A DNA stretch of 59,024 bases, filler included, from Sphacelaria rigidula (taxonomy: Eukaryota): NCBI GenBank assembly GCA_964200075.2. It is 8 parts of 8 records of this genome, joined end to end, with 100 filler letters (N's around TTAATTAATTAA, not from the genome) between each part and the next. Parts side by side here need not be neighbours in the genome. Positions count along the whole stretch, not along the records: positions 1 to 7,291 come from CAXNAA020015599.1; positions 7,392 to 14,682 come from CAXNAA020015600.1; 6 more parts are not named here. One strand, 5' to 3'. The notes beneath the pieces are model-generated. The model was not told where the DNA came from. It was given only the letters and a program-made list of their open reading frames with translations, and did not search any database. Each line of letters begins with the position of its first letter. The first letter of the stretch is position 1. Positions 1-12,590 of the stretch are shown piece after piece. The translations under genes were made by a program, and so were the position numbers.

Positions 1-37
1 TTATAAGCAGCAGAAGAAACACGATCAGCACCCGTGA

Positions 38-149
38 CTAGAATTTGGCTCTATTCGCTTCAGAACCGGTGCTCCGTCTCGAAAGGGATGCGTGGTCAAT
101 GGTCAAAACGACTAAGACAAACAGCAAATGAGTGCGTCCCCCCCCCCCC
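38..149 (+). repeat. 3' tail of a dispersed (LINE-associated) repeat ending in a C tract
   Basis: GGTGCTCCGTCTCGAAAGGGATG...ACGACTAAG...CAAATGAGT-Cn also occurs at 27722-28104 (+) and 29566-29656 (-). Confidence 0.7.
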
Positions 150-473
150 GGTGTACTCGTGCGTTGTTTTGTTCCCGCTACTCCCACCCCCTGCGGGACA
201 AGTAAGGGGTAGGTAGGTACGACAGCAGTGAAGAAAACGAGGGGCTAAATGATCGGTCCGTGGGGGGAAACGACGGGCTTGTGCGATAAAGGCCACGGTT
301 CAGACCCCCCTTGCGTGTGCGCCCCCAAATCATGAGACTGCCAGCCGGGGAGTACGTTGAACAAGCAGCATAGCGCGATACGGAAAAAAACGTTTGGCTG
401 GCTGAGCATACCCACGCTTCTTCCCCGCCGGCCTCGATGTGTCCTCTCCCTTGCATGTATTGGGCTTCACTAG

Positions 474-3400
474 GATGACGTTGTTGCGGCCTTGAATCGG
501 TACATCAAGCACATAAAGAACGTGCACGAAAATCTGGAAAACAAAAAGGCCGAGCGGAGAGAGGCGGATCGGAAAAGGCAGGTACAAAGCGCGTCTGGGG
601 ACGGCCAATGTGCCCAAAGGGCAGTAACGACTTCATGGAAGCGGGCCTCGCGGACAGAGAGTGTATCCGACACTTACCTGTACCGTCAAGGAGTTGCTTT
701 ACCACGTCTGGGTCGGCCTGTGAGTGCTGACTTGCCCATCGAATCCATCGAGACAGGCATAATTTATATGTCTAGATGGTGTCAAGATAATGCCAAGCAC
801 GATGATGCCACGAGCGTAGGCACGGAGAACGTTGCTTCAAGAGCCGACCTGGGCGACAACCATACCACTGCGGAACTACTTGAGGCAAGGGACTCTCATG
901 ATGGCGATGGCTCGCGAGATGAGGTCAGCGCCAACAAAATGCAAGCGCAGCAAAAGTGCTCGTTGGCACTTCTCAACATGACCATGCGAGATCAGGTACT
1001 TGGTGTACGAGTTGGAGTGGTCGCCAGTACTGAAGGCAGGCGATGAAATATTAGATATCTCTTCGAATGTTCTCTCTTGAGCGGGCTTTCACATCGCTTT
1101 ATTCGCACGAATCGTGCCGCCCTGTTGCCTCACAGATGAGCAAGGCGTTCCTCGACGAGTACGGCCTCCTTCCGCCTCTGCTAGAGATCATGCACATTAA
1201 CCAGGCGGTGGAGGTTCTTCGGGTGTGCCTTGCTTGTATCATTAACATACTGAGCGAAGACTACAGGATTCACAAACTCGTAGAATGTGGCCTCATAAGT
1301 GTTGTGAGACCGCTCTCAGGCCATGAAGATGGACAGGTCCAGCAGTACGTGGCGGCTGTCCTTCTCGCGATTTCGTCTTGTTCAGGATTGGAGGAGTGGC
1401 TGGTGAGTTGCTTCGAATCAGCCGGTTCTCAGAAGTCACTCACAGCGTATCGTGTTGAGCTGCTGACCAGATACGCTTCCACAATTTTTATAGGTACAAG
1501 AAGGCGCAATCGCGGCGTTGAACGTGCTTGCGAGAAGCTCGGACGTCCTCACCGCTCAACTCGCCGCTGGTGGCCTGGTCAACATCGCGACAACTTTGAC
1601 AGCTGCTCAGGCAGATTCCATGCAGCGAGTGGTGGTCCGAACTATAACGGCGCTCCTACTTGAAACCGTGGACGGAGATGCTCTGCATTTCTGCGCAATG
1701 GCCGTGAAAAACTTGACCGTGCTGGAGAATGTGAGGGCCTATCTGGATGATCAAGTGGCGGCCATCGCGATGGACATACTGGCGAAGCTAGGGGCGGAAA
1801 CCAGTGACGCGGTCGTCCTCTGTTCAGCGATCCTTTTCAACTGCTTGGCTTTCAAGCAGTCTCGGGTTCGCGCCACGGAGAAAAACATCGTGGGGGAGAC
1901 CCGAAGACTCATGCCTATTTGTAATGCGGATGCCCAGCACAGCTGTACCGTGCTGCTGGCGGAACTCTCCAAGTATAGCGACGTGACGAATCGCCTGCTC
2001 GATGGAGGCATAATGCAGCTGTTCTCCGACAATCTCAGTTCTTCTGATCCACGATCAGGTAGGATGTGCAAGGCTACGAGGAGGCGCAATATCCGTGTGA
2101 TGCGTACTCGACGTACAGTGTGCTAATTCTCAGTCGCGTTCTTCTGTGAAAACCGTAGTCCATTCACTTCCCTCCGTTATTTTCTTTTTTGCAGTTGCCA
2201 TGTCTGCGGCAGGTCTACGCAACTTGGCTGCAGACCCAGGCAACCACTGGCGTGTCCTTGCGTCCGATAATATGCTCAATTTGCTGCTTCGGGCGCTGGT
2301 CCTGGACCATGCGGTTGCGCAGCATCATATTGTATGCCTGCTTTGCGGACTGTTGTCGAACGAGTCCACGCAAGCGGTCGTGGTGTCGGCGGGAGTCGTG
2401 GGTGCAGTGCAAGCCATGAGCAACCGCGACGCCCATGCTTCTGCGATCGGCCGCATCTTGTTCAACATTTCATGCAATCCAAAACTCGCCGGCAGGTACG
2501 CGTCGATTCTGCCGCAGTTTTTCGTCTTGAGCGACCGCGGCAGATAGGTAGGTAGGTAGGTAGGTAGGTAGGTAGGTAGGTAGGTAGGTAGCATGGCAGA
2601 AATTGTTCAATGCATGGGTCATATTTCATTGGCCAAGCAGCAAGTGATTTACCATATCTGGTACTTGTCAGGGGGAGATTGGTGGTCATATCTACGCGCA
2701 TGCCCTCGACAGCACTTTTTCGCTCTCTGCATACTCGCGTCATCTTACCCCTTCGGTTTCAGCTTACTCCAGGACAGTCTGACCGTCCCTATGCTGGTGG
2801 ACTTGATAAAGAAGCATGGGCCCTCTGTTCAGACGGCGTGCCTTGGGGTAATGCAGAATCTGTCATCCAACAGCGCATTCCATCAGAAGCTGCTGGAACA
2901 AGGTGTGCTTGAGGCGCTCGATGCTGCAAAGGACGTTGACGGCGGGGCCTTGGGTTCTCAATGTGCGGCCGTCTTGTACAACTTTTCACTTGAGGAGAAA
3001 AGTCTCACTCAAATGATGGAGCTTGGAGCAATATTCCTGGTGACCCATCTTTCACATTCACACGTCATGAAGGTCAGGTTTCGTATGTATTTGTGTTCTT
3101 TTTCAGTATGCCTGTGAATGCACTGCAAGTCGCTCCTTCCGAATGCCTGCACTTTTTCTTTCCATTGGTAAGTGAAGCGCTTCGACGCACGTTGATTTGA
3201 TTGGTGAATAGTAACGGCCGTTTGGGCTGGACTGGGGCAGCGCCAGCGGTTTTCTGGATCAGGTGGACGAACGCCCTGGAACGGCCCCACTTTGTCGGAA
3301 ATTTTGATCATGTACAGTGTGACCCTATACTCATGGTGGAAGGGACGTTGTTCGATGCTCCGCTCTTTCATAATGTATTGTAGTACTCTTCATGACCACC

Positions 3401-6400
3401 TGCTCTCGAAGGAGTGCATCTGCGTCTCCTGTTGTCTGAAGCACGGATCCCCCCCCCCCTCCACTCCCCCCTCCTTAAAACGCCGTCGGTCACTCGAACT
3501 GCCGACCAGACGAAGCGGTTTTGTGTGGCAACGTTCTGCAACCTGACAATACACAGAGTTATCGTTGAGGAGAGCTTCCTGTCATCTCTCATTTTCTTGT
3601 CCACCACCGAGGCATCGCTGGTGATGTGCTGTGCAAAGGCGTTGGCCAAGCTGTCGACATATCCACGCGGGCGTTCGTTTCTCGGCAGCAACAAGAGCGT
3701 TGTCCCAGCTCTTATCGCCATGATGCGCTCGGGAGTCAAGCACGCTGCTCAAGTGCAGTATCTATCTGCAATTGCTTTGTGCAATGTCCTAAGCGTGTTT
3801 CTACACAAGGACAACGTGGCGTCATTGGTAAAGGAGGGTCTGATCCAGGATCTCATCGCTGTCACCGTTCTACGTGTTGAAGAAGTCAAGACAAAGGAGA
3901 TCCTTGCACATGCAATATTTAATTTATTAGCGCGAGAGGATACCCGAGCACTCATTGCAGACCAAGATGCGGTGTTCGCATTGGTGCGCTTGACTCGGCT
4001 GCAAAGCCCAGAGCTCAACGTGATATGCGTAAGAGCAATCTACAACTTGACGTGTGAAATGCCTGTTTATGAACAAAAGCTGCTGGAAATGGAGGCAGAA
4101 CGGGTATTAGTAACTCAGGCGTCGTTTGCGAATGGTGGAGTAGAGGTGAAGAAGATGTGCGGAGCTGCTCTGGCCATGTTATCGTCTGTCAAGGGTGCTA
4201 CCTGCGCGCTGGCGAAACAGGGCGTCGTCGGAGCTCTTCGGGCCATCGTGTGCGTAAAAACACGAGAAACGCTGGAGCACGTAGCGACAACCGCCTTCAA
4301 TCTAAGTCGACAAGACAGCTGCAGAGCAGCCTTGGCGGCGCAAGATGTGACTGGCGTGCTTGTGACTCTCCATGAGCTGGGGCAAACTAGAGTTAAGAAT
4401 ATATGTGTCGCAACCTTGTGCAATTTGTCTTCTTCCGCGGCGGCGCAGGAGAACGCGAGTTCCCGGGCAGCGTTCGGGTTGCTGGCTGGCACTATTCGCG
4501 CGGGCTCTCTTTCTCTGGCCGCCCGCTTGGACGCCTTGCGGACTGTGACGAACCTTGTTACGCATTACTTGCCCTCCAGGCAAGCAGCTGTGGAAAGTTC
4601 CGTGACTCCTTCTCTGTGCGTCATCCTCAAGGCGCTCGTCGATGATGAGGACAAACTATTGGTCAGCAAGTCTCTACGAGACATGGCGGCTTTCACTCAA
4701 GGCCACTCTCAGTTCGTGGCCGACGGGGCTGTACCAGCGTTGGTTCGTCTTGCAAAGGTTGAAAATGCCGAAATCAAGCAAGACGTTGCGACCGCCTTGT
4801 GCCGGCTGTCGGCGTCGCTGGAGCTCGCGTTGGACATGGTCGATGAGGGTCTTGCCGAAGCGCTGTTCTGGCTCACTTTGGAGGAACTCTTGGGGCTGAC
4901 CAAGTCCGTCTTGCTGCGTTGTAGCGTGGTATGTCGCAACGTAGTGTTATCTGACGACGCGCTAAGAAGAATTTCAAGCGAGAGCACCCGCGTCTTCAAA
5001 GTACTGGAGCGCCTGTCGTCCTCGGGTGACGCTGATCTGCTCCCCAACGTGGCAATCGTCTGCCTGCGGATTACGGGGATGCAGGATTCCATGCTTGCTT
5101 TTTACAAGGGTGAGGTCCCACGCTCGCAGATGCCCACCCTGTGATATTGGACTGGAACGATGTCAGTTTCCGGAATCGAATAGCCTCCGAGTGTCTGTGT
5201 CGTGAAGATCAGAAAGACCATGAGTTCAATCGAATCATACTAGAGCTATTGTACCAGCTCTAGTTCACATCTGGAGAAAAACAATTATACGGCCATGGCA
5301 ACATGCCTAATCTGTGCCCATCTTCGAAAATTGTGCGACTTGAAAAAATCATAATACCTGGTATTTGGCAGCCAGAAAAATGGGCAATACAATGTGGGAT
5401 AAATGTTGTACCTTCACAACGTCGGCGCAGAACCTCCGCGTCAGAAATCGGTACTGCACAGGATTTCTGGGCAGAAAATGTTTCAAACGTGAAGAATTCC
5501 TTCGTGGGCTATTTCGGTATGCTTGGTATTCAGTAAGTGTCAAATCTGGATACATTTTCTTATCATTCTTGTTAATTACTACAGACATGTGTCGCAGTTC
5601 GACGACGTACGTACTGTGTGCACGTCTCATCCGACTACTTGTACCTATCTCCTACGGTATTCTGCCGATACTGAAAAATACTTGGTGTGATTGATGTATC
5701 GATAATCTAGTAGTAGTATCATATCAGCACGCCTGGATTCAGTGTGAGATACATACCAACTTCGCTTCAGTATGATATCATCAACAATTATTGAGCGCAG
5801 TGCTTCGGTGACGCGGTCTGCCTGAAATGCGTTTTTTTTGGGTCTTGCTATTTACGTCAACGTTGACGTAATCTGTTACATCCATCAACGTTCAGCATCC
5901 GTCCCACAAGCCCCGCATGGACACAGCAAGACATGGAAAACATTCACAGTCTCTAGCTATCGTTCAAGCCATCGCACGGAGCAAACGGACCCGTAACGGA
6001 TGAGATACATGCTGATGGCAGAGTGAGCACTCTTGTGGCATGTGCATGTGTGGCATGTCACCATGCATCATGCATGTATCTCATCCGTTACGGGTCCGTT
6101 TGCTCCGTGCGATGGCTTGAACGATAGCTAGAGACTGTGTGAGTGTTTTCCATGTGTTGATGTCCATGCGGGGCTTGTGGGACGGATGCTGAACGTTGAC
6201 GGATGTAACAGATTACGTCAACGTTGACGTACATAGCAAGACCCTTTTTTTTTCGTCGAGTCTACCGACGATCGTACGTGAGCAAGAATATGGTTTCAAC
6301 GTCTCCTGGCTACAGTGTGAAGTCAAAAGCCTTGATTCTAGTGTGGTATTTTTGTGAGTTTTCGAGTGTGCAGAAGCTGGAATGTTCGTTTTTCAGCAGT

Positions 6401-7003
6401 TGGAGCGGGGAGAGAAGGGTGCAGGGGTTTCCTAATCCGAATTTCTGGTCTATGGGTACCCTCGGGGTAAGTAACACGAAACAGCGAACTTGTCATGTTT
6501 ATGCAAGGGTTGACTGACGCTCAGTAGGCAGGTATCGTGTCCATTGCGCCTTTAACCAAAGTGGAAGAGCATGACCACCAAAGCGGGGAAGCTACGACGT
6601 CGTTCATCAGTGGATGACCGTGGGTGCTCGGTCACCCTGTGTTCATACCCAGGTGCCCCCCCCTCGCCCTTCCTCTCCCATCTTTCACTCTGTTTTCGCA
6701 GAGGGATTAGTCGCTCAGATGGTTGAACTCTCTGACCGGGGTGATGAAGAAGTGAAACAGATTTGCAGCACGGCATTGAACCAGGTGCCTCCGGACATGG
6801 TTGAGCTTGACGACAAGATGGTGAAGGTTTTGGTATCTTTGCTGCAGGCCAGCGAGGGATGGGCCGTCGGCGACGTAGGGAGCGTTGTTCCCGAGCCTTC
6901 TCTTCATGATCTCAAATCGTGGACGTTGCGCCCGGCCCTTGTGACGGACAATCCCGTGGACGCCCAGCCTTCTTGGATCAACGATGTCTGGCTAGACTTC
7001 GAG
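474..7003 (+). CDS. Armadillo (ARM)-repeat protein, partial multi-exon gene
   Basis: Phase-compatible GT-AG exons: 474-995 (internal structure uncertain), 1136-1402, 1494-2058, 2195-2495, 2763-3072, 3510-5109, 6702-7003. The product has repeated ARM-like helices (GAVPALVRLAK, CVATLCNLS, AAGGLVNIA, GVVGALRAIV). Both ends run off the contig. Confidence 0.85.
2545..2590. repeat. (TAGG)n microsatellite, intronic
   Basis: About 11 perfect TAGG units inside intron 2496-2762. Confidence 0.95.
5840..6244. mobile_element. Foldback element / MITE with ~170-bp inverted arms
   Basis: GGGTCTTGCTA...GATACATGC is mirrored by GCATGTATC...TAGCAAGACCC around a ~58-nt loop. T8/T9 runs flank both ends (possible TSD). 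Lies in intron 5110-6701. Confidence 0.8.
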
Positions 7004-7223
7004 GTGAGCTGCTTTTGCGCATCATGATCCACTCGACACAAGAATGTCTATCTCGAACGCCATTAGATTGACGGGTAAATATTGTCCGAGTCTTGTTTTA
7101 CTGTGGTGTCGTTTACAGCAAGGCAGCAAGTATGTACACGCGAACCCTTTTTACTTTTCATGCCGCCTTCAGATTCAAACAAAAAATGGGCAACTTTTCG
7201 ATTTAGGCTGACTTATGGCAGGT

Positions 7224-7291
7224 AACAGTGTTTTCGTGAGATTGAGAGTAGATGATACGATTGAGAGTGAAAAGCGGTCAATCAGTGAATG
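7224..7291. mobile_element. Left end of a MITE, same family as 27775-28076, cut by contig end
   Basis: AACAGTGTTTTCGTGAGATTGAGAGTAGATGATACGATTG matches the left end at 27776. Confidence 0.65.
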
Positions 7292-7391
7292 NNNNNNNNN
7301 NNNNNNNNNNNNNNNNNNNNNNNNNNNNNNNNNNNTTAATTAATTAANNNNNNNNNNNNNNNNNNNNNNNNNNNNNNNNNNNNNNNNNNNN
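7292..7391. other. Artificial contig spacer N44-TTAATTAATTAA-N44
   Basis: Identical 100-nt linker with stops in six frames, recurring every 7390-7391 nt. Confidence 0.99.
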
Positions 7392-8024
7392 GTAATGTGG
7401 CACTGTTGGGACCGTGTCCGGGCTAGCAGGTTCCGGTTCCATCCTAAATCCTATATACTCAATGCAACCAATCTTAATCACAAGTTACTTGGTTTTAGAA
7501 CGGGTTGAACGGGGGAGAAGAGTCACTTCACTTGCAGAGCACACCCAAGCACAAGCAGCAAAAAACAAAACAGTCACGGTCTCGGCAAGTCTTGGTTTGG
7601 CGTTGGGCTTGACGTACGCTGTTTAAGCGAAGATTAACCGCTTGATCCATTGCTTGCTGCAACCTGATCATGGATCCTAGCAAACCCAAGTGAGTCAGAT
7701 AACTAGAGTTCGGCACTCTAACACCAGAACAAACGGAGCCAAGGATTTTTCGCAAAAACGCGGCGAGACTAATTAGTTGGGGCAAAAGATCGAGGCGGGG
7801 GAGGGGGGCAGTTACGACGAACCACAAACCCTTCACCCGTCAGTGACCGCAGCAACCACTGCAACGGCCGCACTACTGTGGCTGAGGGAGTGTAGCCGGG
7901 GGATCTGCGTTATTTATTCGGCTTAATCATTTTTACTTGCTTGCTTGAATCATCTTGAATCATCAAAGAACTGTTATTGATAAATTAATCGAAAACAACG
8001 ACACTCAACACTGCTCGAACCACT

Positions 8025-8477
8025 GCACACCATCCAAGCTTATTCATGAAAAACGCGAACGAACCACGCACGGCTCGGGCGCATTGTTTCGACAACGTCT
8101 TGCTGAGCAAGTGGCGCCCCAAAGGCTGATAAACAGTTGTCTCGTTTGAAAAAAAACGCATTCAAATCAGGAGCTGCTGGGGGGGGTATTGGGGGTCCAG
8201 GGATGTTTTTTCCACCCGCCCTTGGCACACCATCCAAGTTTATTCCTGAAACACACGAATGAACCACGCACGGCTCGTGCGCATTGTTTCGACGACGTCT
8301 TGCTGAGCAAGTGACGCCCCAAAGGTTGATGAACGCTTGTCTCGTTTGAGAAAAAAATAATAATAAGGAGCTGCCGGGGGGGGGGGGGGGGGTGGTGTGG
8401 GGCCAGGGGTATTTTTTTCACCGGCCCCTGTAAACGTGGGTGGGTGAAAGTATTTATAGGCCCAAATTNNNNNNNAA

Positions 8478-8539
<62 letters not shown>

Positions 8540-8600
8540 GGTAGTGTGGGTCCAGGGATATTTTTTTCACCCGCCCTTGTAAACGTGTATGAGTAAAAGT
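8025..8600. repeat. ~200-bp tandem duplication with G tracts
   Basis: GCACACCATCCAAG...CTCGTTTGA...CCAGGG..TTTTTT.CACC starts at 8025 and 8225; partial third copy follows the long G run near 8479-8538. Confidence 0.8.
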
Positions 8601-8686
8601 ATCATCAGGCACATATTTTTTTCTGGAATTTTTTGTCTTCGCGCGTTTTTTGTTCCTACTAACAATGTTCCCCCGTACTAGAGCAA

Positions 8687-9016
8687 GCACCCGAAGCATT
8701 GCTCGTGGTGGAAAAAAATAACAGCGCGAGCACTCGAGTCATTGTTCGTGGCGGCAAAAAAATAATAAGGCGAGCACTCGAGTCATTGCTTGTGGTGGAA
8801 CAAAATAATAACGCGAGTACTCGAGTCACTGCTCGTGGTCGGATAAATTAATTGGGCGAGTACTCGAGTCATTGCTCGTGGTGATGAAAAAATAATAGGG
8901 CAAGCACTCCAGTCATTGCTCGTGGTGGACAAATACGAAGTAAATGACTCGAGCACGCGAGTCATGCACGTGGTGAAAAAAATGAATTAATCGAGCACAC
9001 GAGTCATGCTCGAGGT
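8687..9016. repeat. ~43-bp minisatellite, about 8 units
   Basis: Core G(C/T)ACTCGAGTCATTGCTCGTGGTG plus an A-rich linker; decays toward the right. Confidence 0.9.
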
Positions 9017-10212
9017 GTTTTCGAAAACCATTGACGAGTGCCCTCGTTTCGATGAGTACTGGTTCGTCCGACGTGTGGAATGTAAACACTAAAAATCATC
9101 ATGTGGTATACATATCGTTCGGAGTTCCACCGTGGATTTTGGTATGGACCCTATATCCGTACTGAGTAGGAATCGCTCGACATAACGTTCGATCAACGAG
9201 AAAGAAGTGGTCCAGGCTTTTGAGCAGAGGGGCATGTTTCCCTTGGTGAGACGATCAAAAGAATATGCGGATCATGGCCCAAATCGTCTTTGTCGATGAG
9301 ATATGGCTGTGAGAGCTCTAATCAGCTTTTAGGCTGGCTCAACTCGTTTACACGCAGTGTAGTCGTAAGGCGTGCAGGATCGGGGCTGTGTCCGCGACAG
9401 ATTGCATGGAACTAGCATCAGCGCTGACGTTCCGGGGTGCCCACTTTTCGGATCTACCTGTAGATATGGACATGAACATCGCGGTGGTCAACAAGTTGCT
9501 CAAGTCCTTCTCCCCCAGTGTTAACTTGGAAAGTACGCATGGAAAACCTCAAATAATGGGAAAAAATGATCCGTTTTCCATATTGGACAACGGCCTCGAC
9601 AGGAAATACCAACCTCACCCGAGACTCTCAAACCCCCCTACCCCCACCCTACCCCTGTTATGTTGCTCTAAGGATCGCACGAGCGTTTACAGAAATGGCA
9701 GCAATCGCAGGGGAGGTGCACAATTCATGATGAAATCAGCGCAACAGGGTGCTTGGGGCGGTGAGGGTAAACATTGCATGACAAATCAGTAGCTGGGTTG
9801 AAGAGAAATGGGGTAAAAAAAGGTACGTCCATTCATCAGGAAAACCTAGCGTTCAAGCACGAAATTGGCCCGAGTAGGGGAGCGAAAACGCTGGAGCGCC
9901 GCTGCTTAACCATATCATGATTTCCGACGGATTCCATAAATCTAAGGATACAAAAAAGAAGTAGTGAACGACAGCGCAAGGGTTTAGATCAGGAATTTAG
10001 GAATGCCGCATATATCCGCCGGCGATATACTTCCACGGTAGCTAACGTGCTAGCGTAGAAGCGCGTTTCCAATAACCCGGCGTCTGGTACTAGATGTGTT
10101 GACATCAAAAAGACGCCGACACTGCGAAAATATTGGCTATCGGTTGTACTCAGATGAATCTCTCCGGCACAAATGCACCTACGCCATCTTGAACCGACCA
10201 TGCTAAAAATTG

Positions 10213-12590
10213 CTACGACTTGAAATGCTCCGTAGTGCAGAAATTGACATGCTGCTGTAGCGCTCTCCGCGAACCAAACGTCTTCCTGCAAAACAAGCAC
10301 TCGTGACGAATCACTGCCTCCGCAATCGGCGGACGGAGGTTATCCCAATGTCGCTGCTCGTCCGCCTTATCTACAAACCAATACCCGCAAATATCACACC
10401 GAACGCTACCACTGCTACTACTACTACCACTACCACGCAACTCGAGGAATTCTAGGTCGGCGACATCCGTCCCGCTACCACTAACACGAGAGAAAGACCC
10501 ATTGTCCTGCGTCTCTCGTACCGTCACTGGCTGTTCCCTGCCTTTTCCTGATAAGCCCGACGACTCCGACGATTGCTGTGCTCGAGCAGGGTAGGCCTCC
10601 CCAACCTCCGTGTCCCTCGAGAAGCCACCACCCACGTCATCCTGGGCCGTCGTGCACACTGCTGCTTCCGGTGCACTTCCATCTTCACATCGCACGTGCT
10701 TTTTCTCGACACTTAGGTTACTATGCCCCCCTGATTGTCCACCTTTGTCAGGATGGCTTGACAATGAGTGTTCCATCTTATCCGGGGATGTTGATGGTGA
10801 CGGCGGTCTGCAGTCGTGGTATATGGTTGGTTCGAACCAGTCCGGTTTTATGTCGTGAAAAGCGCCGACGTGCTTGGCTGACTCGTGCTGGTCCCGTGCG
10901 ATCTGACTCGTAAACAACCGGTCGCAGTGGCGGCACGGCAGGGATTCGAAGCCGCCCTCTTGCTGTTGCAGCTCATGCACCTGCCGCGTGTGCGTGCGAA
11001 GTCCCTGAGCTGTTTTGTATCGCTTGCCACACTGCTTGCACAGCTCCGGTCGCTCATGATCTCCTGTTTTCTCGTCGGCGCTGCAGCTAGCGCCATCCTT
11101 CTTCTTTCTCTCGTTGGAGCTGCTTGCGACATTGACAACAGCATCGTCAGCAACGTTGTCTTGAGTGCATCCCGGTGTTTTTGCCGAGGCAGAACTCGAC
11201 GCTATTTCGCCAAGTGCTTCATTACATCCACCCTCACCGTCGCCAGCGCCACGTTCCTCTGTGTTTGTGGAGCTGTGTCTTCCCTTAGGTTCCTCCGGGC
11301 CAAACATATTCACCTCGGGCCACAGCCACGGAGGCAAATCGTACGCACCGCGGGCAGCAACAGAATGTCCTTGCGGCCCCACCTCGGTACCTGCTACAAT
11401 ACCACCTACCACGCCCTCGCTCCCGACACCTAAGCTCACCGTTCCATGCATTCCGTTTGCGCATGACGCAAGCCCTTCCTTCACCTTCTCCTCTCCCATC
11501 GCTGCTCTCGTGGGACATATTCCACAAGACGATCTGAGCATTTCCCCCCTTGGCCCTACCCCCGTCCCCATTCCCCCCGCCGTCCACACAAAAGAGAGAG
11601 TACTGCTGTCACTAGCTCGCCTCTGGAACGACTTTCCTGTCTGGTGTCGCTTGCTCATGTAACCTTCTATGCGCGCTGCAGGAAACGGCCGACGGTGAGC
11701 CAGAGCGAACCCGTGCCGTGCGGCCTGCTCGCGCAGTCCCCAGCGTTCTGGCTGGTCCCCAGCGAGGGTCACGTGAACAGCACCGCCTGGCGCCAGCATC
11801 ACCGCCGCAGAGGCTGGCAAGGCGCCCTTTCCATCGCAGCTATGGCTTGCACTAACGACATCACGGCCGTCGACAGTTGTACTACGAACACAACGAGGGT
11901 TTTCCTGCCCGCTGCTGCTGTGGCAGGCACTGCTGCTACAGTATTTGTGACTGGCACCCGTGCCCCTGCCGCCAGCTAACGGGGTCACCAGGGTGTAGAA
12001 AAAGTGACCCAGGAAAGACCGGTGCCGACGCATGTCCTCCGTGCCCGTGTGCGGGTGATTAAAGATGATGTGATCGTACTGCGGGGCTGACACCCCGGGC
12101 AACAATACCCTCGAGTCCAGCGCTGTTGCGTCCACATTGTGAACGAGGGTTACCCCCAGCGCGCGGAGCTTAGGCTCGATGCCGACCCACTCCGGATATT
12201 TTTGCAACAGGTCTTCGTGGCCGTCGAACGATGTAGCGACGATGGTGAATTTAAAAGGCGATAGGGGTGATGATCGGCCAGACTTATCGTCCGTGCTGGT
12301 GATATGGGGTGGTTGAACATTTCTCAGCGATGGCGCGACGGGTCCAGGAGAAATATCGTTCGCACCGCTCGCCTCGGAATCTTCCGATGTCAGTATTGCG
12401 TTGTTACTGTTGCTGTCGTGGCATTTACTCTTGCTTCGATGTTCGCCTCTTTTCTTGGTTGCATGTTTCAATGATATTGGTGTCGGTAGCAGCAATGCCT
12501 TTGCCAGGGCGAGGGAGAAAGAGAAGTTACCGTCACCAAGAATCAAGATGCGACACTCTTTCTGTGGAGTCCGGTGCTGCTCAAGCTCCC
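10213..12590 (-). CDS. BMT5/DUF2431-like (25S rRNA m3U methyltransferase-like) domain protein with C-terminal zinc fingers; terminal exon
   Basis: Motifs ILILGDGNFSFSLALA, ATSFD..LLQKYP, VDAT.L, YDHIIFNHPH, FLGHFF. Fingers CKQC..H..VH, CRHC..H..KH, CDIC..H, CLFC..H..C. Acceptor CAG ends at 12591; start is probably in an upstream exon (candidate donor GTAAG at 12937). Confidence 0.85.

Noticed and set aside
7336..7347. TTAATTAATTAA as a biological motif
   Set aside because: Always centred in N padding; synthetic linker.
8687..9016. CRISPR-like array
   Set aside because: Linkers are short, A-rich and mutually similar; no cas genes; eukaryotic context.
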